In this document: positions 59,930-64,000 of the stretch, piece after piece
Numbering within the stretch: the first letter of the stretch is position 1
Layout: each line of letters opens with the position of its first letter
The notes under the pieces: model-generated
The model's database searches: none
The model's input: the letters and a program-made list of their open reading frames with translations, nothing else
Told to the model about the DNA's origin: nothing
Made by a program: the position numbers and the translations under genes
Assembly (NCBI GenBank): GCA_963737065.1
Contig: CAVTRC010000001.1
Span: 1,280,001 to 1,344,000, forward strand
Reading direction: 5' to 3'
DNA from: Candidatus Eremiobacteria bacterium
GTDB taxonomy: Bacteria > Vulcanimicrobiota > Vulcanimicrobiia > Vulcanimicrobiales > Vulcanimicrobiaceae
Length of the DNA stretch: 64,000 bases

Positions 59930-61033
59930 ATGGCGAGAAAGCGGCTCGAGCCGGCGATCTTTAACCTGCCGGTCGACAAGATGCGCGCCGGGTATTACTC
60001 GGATACCTATTTCAACCGCGCGCGCGACATTCTCACACGCGACGGCTACGATCCGCTCGTGCGCATGCAGGTCTTCCAACGCAACGACGCCGTCGTGGGC
60101 GGAATTGATGAAGCGGTCGCGATCCTGAAGCTCTGCAGCGGGCGCATGCGAGACGACGGCACATGGGAACCCGGATGGGAACGGCTGCGCGTTCGCGCGC
60201 TCTACGACGGCGATCACATCGAACCGTACGAGACGGCGCTTACGGTTGAAGGTGATTACACGCTTTTCGCACACCTCGAAACGCCCTATCTCGGGGTGCT
60301 TTCGCGCCGGACGCGTATCGCAACCAATGCACGCGACATCGTATCGGCCGCGCAAGGAAAGACCGTACTGTTTTTTCCGGCGCGCTTCGATCACCATTTG
60401 GTGCAGACCGGCGACGGATACGCCGCGTACGTCTCCGGCGCACTCGGTGTTTCGACGGACGCAAATGCCGAATGGTGGGGCGCGCGAGGGATGGGAACGG
60501 TTCCGCACGCACTGATCGCGGCATACGGCGGCGACACGGTGCTTGCGACGAGGAAATTCGCGGAATATTCGGATCCGAGCGTGAGCGTCATCGCGCTCGT
60601 CGATTTCGAGAACGATTGCGTTCGTACGAGCCTCGACGTCGCGCGCGCCCTCGGACGGCGCTTATGGGGCGTGCGTCTCGATACGTCGGGTACGCTCGTC
60701 GACCGTTCGATCTGGAATCAGATGGGAACGTTTACGCCGACGGGCGTGAATCGCCAGCTGGTCTGGAACGTACGGCGCGCGCTCGATGCCGATGGGTTCG
60801 ACTTCGTGCGCATCGTGGTGAGCGGCGGTTTCACGGCCGCACGGATCTCCGCGTTTGAACGAGCCGGCGTTCCGGTCGATGCATACGCCGTCGGCAGCGC
60901 GTTCTTTGACGGCGCCGGCCGCTTCGATTACACCGCGGATATCGTTGCGCTGCAACGCGGCGGCGTGTGGACCGAGTGTCACAAAGTGGGTCGTCCCGAA
61001 CGCCCGAATGCTCGCCTCGAGGACGTTCACTGA
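59930..61033 (+). CDS. Nicotinate/quinolinate phosphoribosyltransferase-family protein
   Basis: YSDTYF, GTVPHAL, GVRLDT, VSGGF. Confidence 0.8.
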   Translation: MARKRLEPAIFNLPVDKMRAGYYSDTYFNRARDILTRDGYDPLVRMQVFQRNDAVVGGIDEAVAILKLCSGRMRDDGTWEPGWERLRVRALYDGDHIEPYETALTVEGDYTLFAHLETPYLGVLSRRTRIATNARDIVSAAQGKTVLFFPARFDHHLVQTGDGYAAYVSGALGVSTDANAEWWGARGMGTVPHALIAAYGGDTVLATRKFAEYSDPSVSVIALVDFENDCVRTSLDVARALGRRLWGVRLDTSGTLVDRSIWNQMGTFTPTGVNRQLVWNVRRALDADGFDFVRIVVSGGFTAARISAFERAGVPVDAYAVGSAFFDGAGRFDYTADIVALQRGGVWTECHKVGRPERPNARLEDVH

Positions 61034-61034
61034 G

Positions 61035-61601
61035 ATGCACGTCTTGCGAATGCGGGATGCAGTCTACGCGCCGCGCGGCGAAACGATCGTCACACCGGCA
61101 ACGTTCGACGTGGCGCCGGGCGAACGCGTTGCTCGCGTCTGCGCGACAGCGGACGAAGCGCAGACGCTTGCGATGATGGGTGCGGCGCTCGTCAAACCAA
61201 CGAACGGTATCGTGCTGATCGGTGAATACGATCCGCGCGTGCAACCGGTGCACTGCAAACGCATCGCGGCGTTCGTGCCGCACGATCCCTTACCGTTGAC
61301 CGAGCTGAGTGTGGAACACTTCATCGACCATCGCGCAGCATTATGGGATATCGAGCCCGAACGCGCGCGCGCGCATGCCGATGTGTTGCTCGATCGCCTT
61401 GCGGGGTTGCACGAGGCCTTCGCGTATCCCATTGTCGCAGCGTTGCTCGGGTGTCCGTCGCTGCTCGTCCTCGATCGTCCGCAACCGGTTTATGCGAAGA
61501 TCATTCTCGCTGCGGCCGGACCGTGCGCCATCTTCTCTACGCACGTCGATGCGTCGGCCGCGGTCGAATTCAGCATGGTGCGTGAAGAGGTCAACGCGTG
61601 A
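61035..61601 (+). CDS. Degenerate ABC ATPase-like protein
   Basis: ABC scaffold (FDVAPGE, VKPTNG, LLVLDRP, FSTH) but no Walker A or signature motif. Confidence 0.65.
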   Translation: MHVLRMRDAVYAPRGETIVTPATFDVAPGERVARVCATADEAQTLAMMGAALVKPTNGIVLIGEYDPRVQPVHCKRIAAFVPHDPLPLTELSVEHFIDHRAALWDIEPERARAHADVLLDRLAGLHEAFAYPIVAALLGCPSLLVLDRPQPVYAKIILAAAGPCAIFSTHVDASAAVEFSMVREEVNA

Positions 61602-62263
61602 CCCACCGCGCGCTAACGGCGATCGTTGCATCGCGTCTGCGCGGCGAGCGGCGGACGACCGCGTTTGCGTGCGTCACAGCCGCGATCGTCGGATTCATTC
61701 AACCGCACGGCGTTTCACCGATCGCCGACCCGCTGACGGCCGATGTCGCGACGCGAAGCGTTTGGCTCGCGGGCCCGGTTTTCTTTTGCTCTGCAATCGG
61801 CATTGCGCTCGCGCTCGCGCAGGGGCCGGGACGGCATCCCTATCTCGATATCGGTGAACGCAGTGCGCCGCTCTTTGGCCGCGAACTGGCGCGCGCAAAG
61901 GCGATTGCACCCGCGCTCACCGCTACGCTCGCCGCGCTGTTCTATTGGTTCGCGCAATTCTTGAGCGGCTTCGCCGCGCCGCCGGCCTTCTTTATTCTGG
62001 CGGTTGCATCGGTTCTCTCGTCCACGCTCGTCGCGCTCAACGCAACGCTGCGGTCCGGTGCGCGCAGGCTGCTCTACGTCTTGCTTGCGTTTGCAACGAG
62101 CGCGATCGCGTACGCGCTCGCGGTCTATGCCGATTCCGTGACCGATCGAAGTGGTGACGGGGTCGGCGTCGCGACCGAACTGTTGTTTTGCGCCGCGGTC
62201 GGATTCATCGCGCTTCGCCAATACGGTGAAGCACTGGCGCGCAGCGACGCCGCCCCGTCCTAA
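61598..62263 (+). CDS. Hypothetical membrane protein (ABC-2 permease-like)
   Basis: About six TM helices; start overlaps the upstream stop (GTGA). Confidence 0.6.
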   Translation: MTHRALTAIVASRLRGERRTTAFACVTAAIVGFIQPHGVSPIADPLTADVATRSVWLAGPVFFCSAIGIALALAQGPGRHPYLDIGERSAPLFGRELARAKAIAPALTATLAALFYWFAQFLSGFAAPPAFFILAVASVLSSTLVALNATLRSGARRLLYVLLAFATSAIAYALAVYADSVTDRSGDGVGVATELLFCAAVGFIALRQYGEALARSDAAPS

Positions 62264-62287
62264 GCGCTCGCCCTCCGCGGTCGCGCG

Positions 62288-62851
62288 TTACACGACTTGC
62301 GTCGCGCCCGAAGAAGCGAGTTTTTCCAACATTGCGCGGTTGAATTGCGGCATGTCGTCGCCGCCGCGCGTCGTTACCCAATTCGAATCTTGCACGGTCG
62401 GCTGGTCGCGATAGAGGCCCCCGGCATTACGAATGTCGTCTGCAATTGAATGAGCGCCGGTTACTTGGCGGCTGCGCACGAGCTGCGACGAGATCAACAC
62501 TTGCGCGCCGTGGCCGACGCAAAAGATGGGCTTCTTAGCGGCATCCACTTCGCGCGCGAAGCGCTGCACTTCCTTATTGGTGCGGATGCGATCCGGCGAA
62601 GTACCGCCGGGAACGAGCAAGCCATCGAAATCTTCGGCCGTGCAGTCTATGACGAGTTCCTCTGCACGTACGGATTGGCCGTCATCGAGTCCACGTTTGC
62701 CGCGGATCTTCTGACGCGACCGCTCGTCGATACCGACGATTGTCACCACGGCGCCCGCATCTTCGAGCGCCCGGCGCGGTTCTACGAGATCCGCCTCTTC
62801 GAATCCATCGCCGATCAGCGCGGCGATTCGCTTGCCATCTACTCCTTGCAT
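62288..62851 (-). CDS. PfpI/DJ-1 family protein
   Basis: GFEEADL, FDGLLVPGG..PD, xxHG motif, DIRNAGG...D, VTTR..DD. Confidence 0.88.
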   Translation of the reverse strand: MQGVDGKRIAALIGDGFEEADLVEPRRALEDAGAVVTIVGIDERSRQKIRGKRGLDDGQSVRAEELVIDCTAEDFDGLLVPGGTSPDRIRTNKEVQRFAREVDAAKKPIFCVGHGAQVLISSQLVRSRQVTGAHSIADDIRNAGGLYRDQPTVQDSNWVTTRGGDDMPQFNRAMLEKLASSGATQVV

Positions 62852-62886
62852 CGTGCGCCCCTGTTTCGCTCCGGCGTGGTCTCCAC

Positions 62887-63393
62887 CTACAGTGTTCCCC
62901 CGGTCTGCTGAACCGCTGAACGGAGCAGGTAAGCGAGCTCGACTTCGACCTTGCCGAGCGAGTCCAAGACGTCGTCGTGCGCGAGCGCGTCGAGCGTCGG
63001 ATTGCGTCGCGTCATGTCCGCTTCCGGAACGGCGTGGCGCGGATTGATCTCGCGCATGTAAATGCGCGCGTCGTAGCGGATCGGTCCCTCCGGCAAAAAG
63101 TAGAGCGGATCGAGGCCGAATGCATACGCGCTCAGGCCAAGGATGCCCGTGCGCTGCAAAAACTCGATCGGACGCGCGCGCAGCGCCACGGCGAGCGCGG
63201 CGAGCGCGGAGACGCCGATGCGACCTGAACCGCCCAGAATCGCGCGCAGCAGCGGCTCACCTAAACCGGTTGCCTCACCGAGCCGCGCGATCGATACGTT
63301 TCGTTCGCGCGCGAGTTCCGCAAGCGCGGCGCCGAATGCCGATCCTCCGGCTGTTCCCTCGATTCCGTTCCACGCCGGCTGGGACTCGTTCAT
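62887..63393 (-). CDS. XRE-like HTH domain protein
   Basis: FGAALAELARERNVSIARLGEATGL...LAALAVAL; unrecognised C-terminal half. Confidence 0.65.
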   Translation of the reverse strand: MNESQPAWNGIEGTAGGSAFGAALAELARERNVSIARLGEATGLGEPLLRAILGGSGRIGVSALAALAVALRARPIEFLQRTGILGLSAYAFGLDPLYFLPEGPIRYDARIYMREINPRHAVPEADMTRRNPTLDALAHDDVLDSLGKVEVELAYLLRSAVQQTGGTL

Positions 63394-63710
63394 GATGGCA
63401 GCGGCTCCGTGCGAACGTAAATACCGTCTCCTTCGATGCGTACCTCGAAGCGCGGGATCCATGCAAACTCGCCAAGCGTCATTTTTCCCGTTCGCAGATC
63501 GAAGCACCACGCGTGCCACGGACACGTCACGGTTCGATCCTCGATCCAGCCGTCCGCGATCGGGCCACCCTGGTGCGGGCACGAATTTTCAAGCGCGTAC
63601 AATTCACCGCCGACATTGAAGAGAGCGACCTCATAGCGCCCGACCGGAAATGCGTGCGCGGTTCCCGGCGGCAGCGCGTCTCGATCGGCAACGCGAACGA
63701 ACTCGGACAT
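63390..63710 (-). CDS. Rieske-type ferredoxin
   Basis: CPHQGGP and CPWHAWCF boxes. Confidence 0.9.
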   Translation of the reverse strand: MSEFVRVADRDALPPGTAHAFPVGRYEVALFNVGGELYALENSCPHQGGPIADGWIEDRTVTCPWHAWCFDLRTGKMTLGEFAWIPRFEVRIEGDGIYVRTEPLPS

Positions 63711-63724
63711 CGGGTGCGCGGATT

Positions 63725-64000
63725 TCAGAACAACGACTCGATCATTCCTCCGTCGATTGCAATCGTTTGTCCGGTGATGTAGCGTGCCGGTTCGCTGCAC
63801 AAGAACGCAACCATCGGCGCGAACTCGTCTGGCGTCGCGATGTGTTGCAACGGAATGTCTTGCTTTGCGGCAGCCTCCATCGCGTCTTCACTCTCATAGA
63901 GCGCGCGCAAACGATCGGTTAGGATGCGCCCCGTTGCAATCGAATTGACCGTGATCCCGTACCGGCCGACTTCGATTGAGAGGGACTTCAGCGCCGAGAC
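63725..64000 (-). CDS. Short-chain dehydrogenase/reductase (3' part only)
   Basis: KSLSIEVGRYGITVNSIATG...FLCSEPARYITGQTIAIDGG; the 5' part lies outside the window. Confidence 0.85.
   Translation of the reverse strand, partial: VSALKSLSIEVGRYGITVNSIATGRILTDRLRALYESEDAMEAAAKQDIPLQHIATPDEFAPMVAFLCSEPARYITGQTIAIDGGMIESLF

Noticed and set aside
1..64000. CRISPR array, cas genes, rRNA or tRNA
   Set aside because: No regularly spaced repeats or recognisable structural RNA genes were seen by eye; a covariance search was not possible.

Overview
A GC-rich bacterial chromosomal window of mostly housekeeping and energy-metabolism genes; the lineage cannot be fixed from sequence alone. From left to right it holds a menaquinone/Tat/cytochrome c maturation (system II)/Rieske-cytochrome bc cluster, an RND pump, a tetrapyrrole operon with rex and unusual fusions, a BMP-type ABC importer, two tandem VPS10/BNR beta-propeller paralogs, ilvE, a selenocysteine formate dehydrogenase operon with an oxalate/formate-type antiporter, PolX-PHP and a nicotinate phosphoribosyltransferase-like gene. 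The top finding is an IS110 (IS621-like) element inserted at the catalytic D-I-T-Y codons of an IS3 transposase. Its left end contains readable bridge-RNA guides: the target guides spell (g)AT ATT ACG TAC ATC = D-I-T-Y-I, and the donor guides match its own circle junction. The second is an unbroken chain of three stop/start-overlapping mini-ORFs joining the FDH alpha and beta genes across a REP-like hairpin. Four +1 frameshifts in otherwise intact genes look like sequencing errors. All calls rest on motif recognition by eye; no searches were run.
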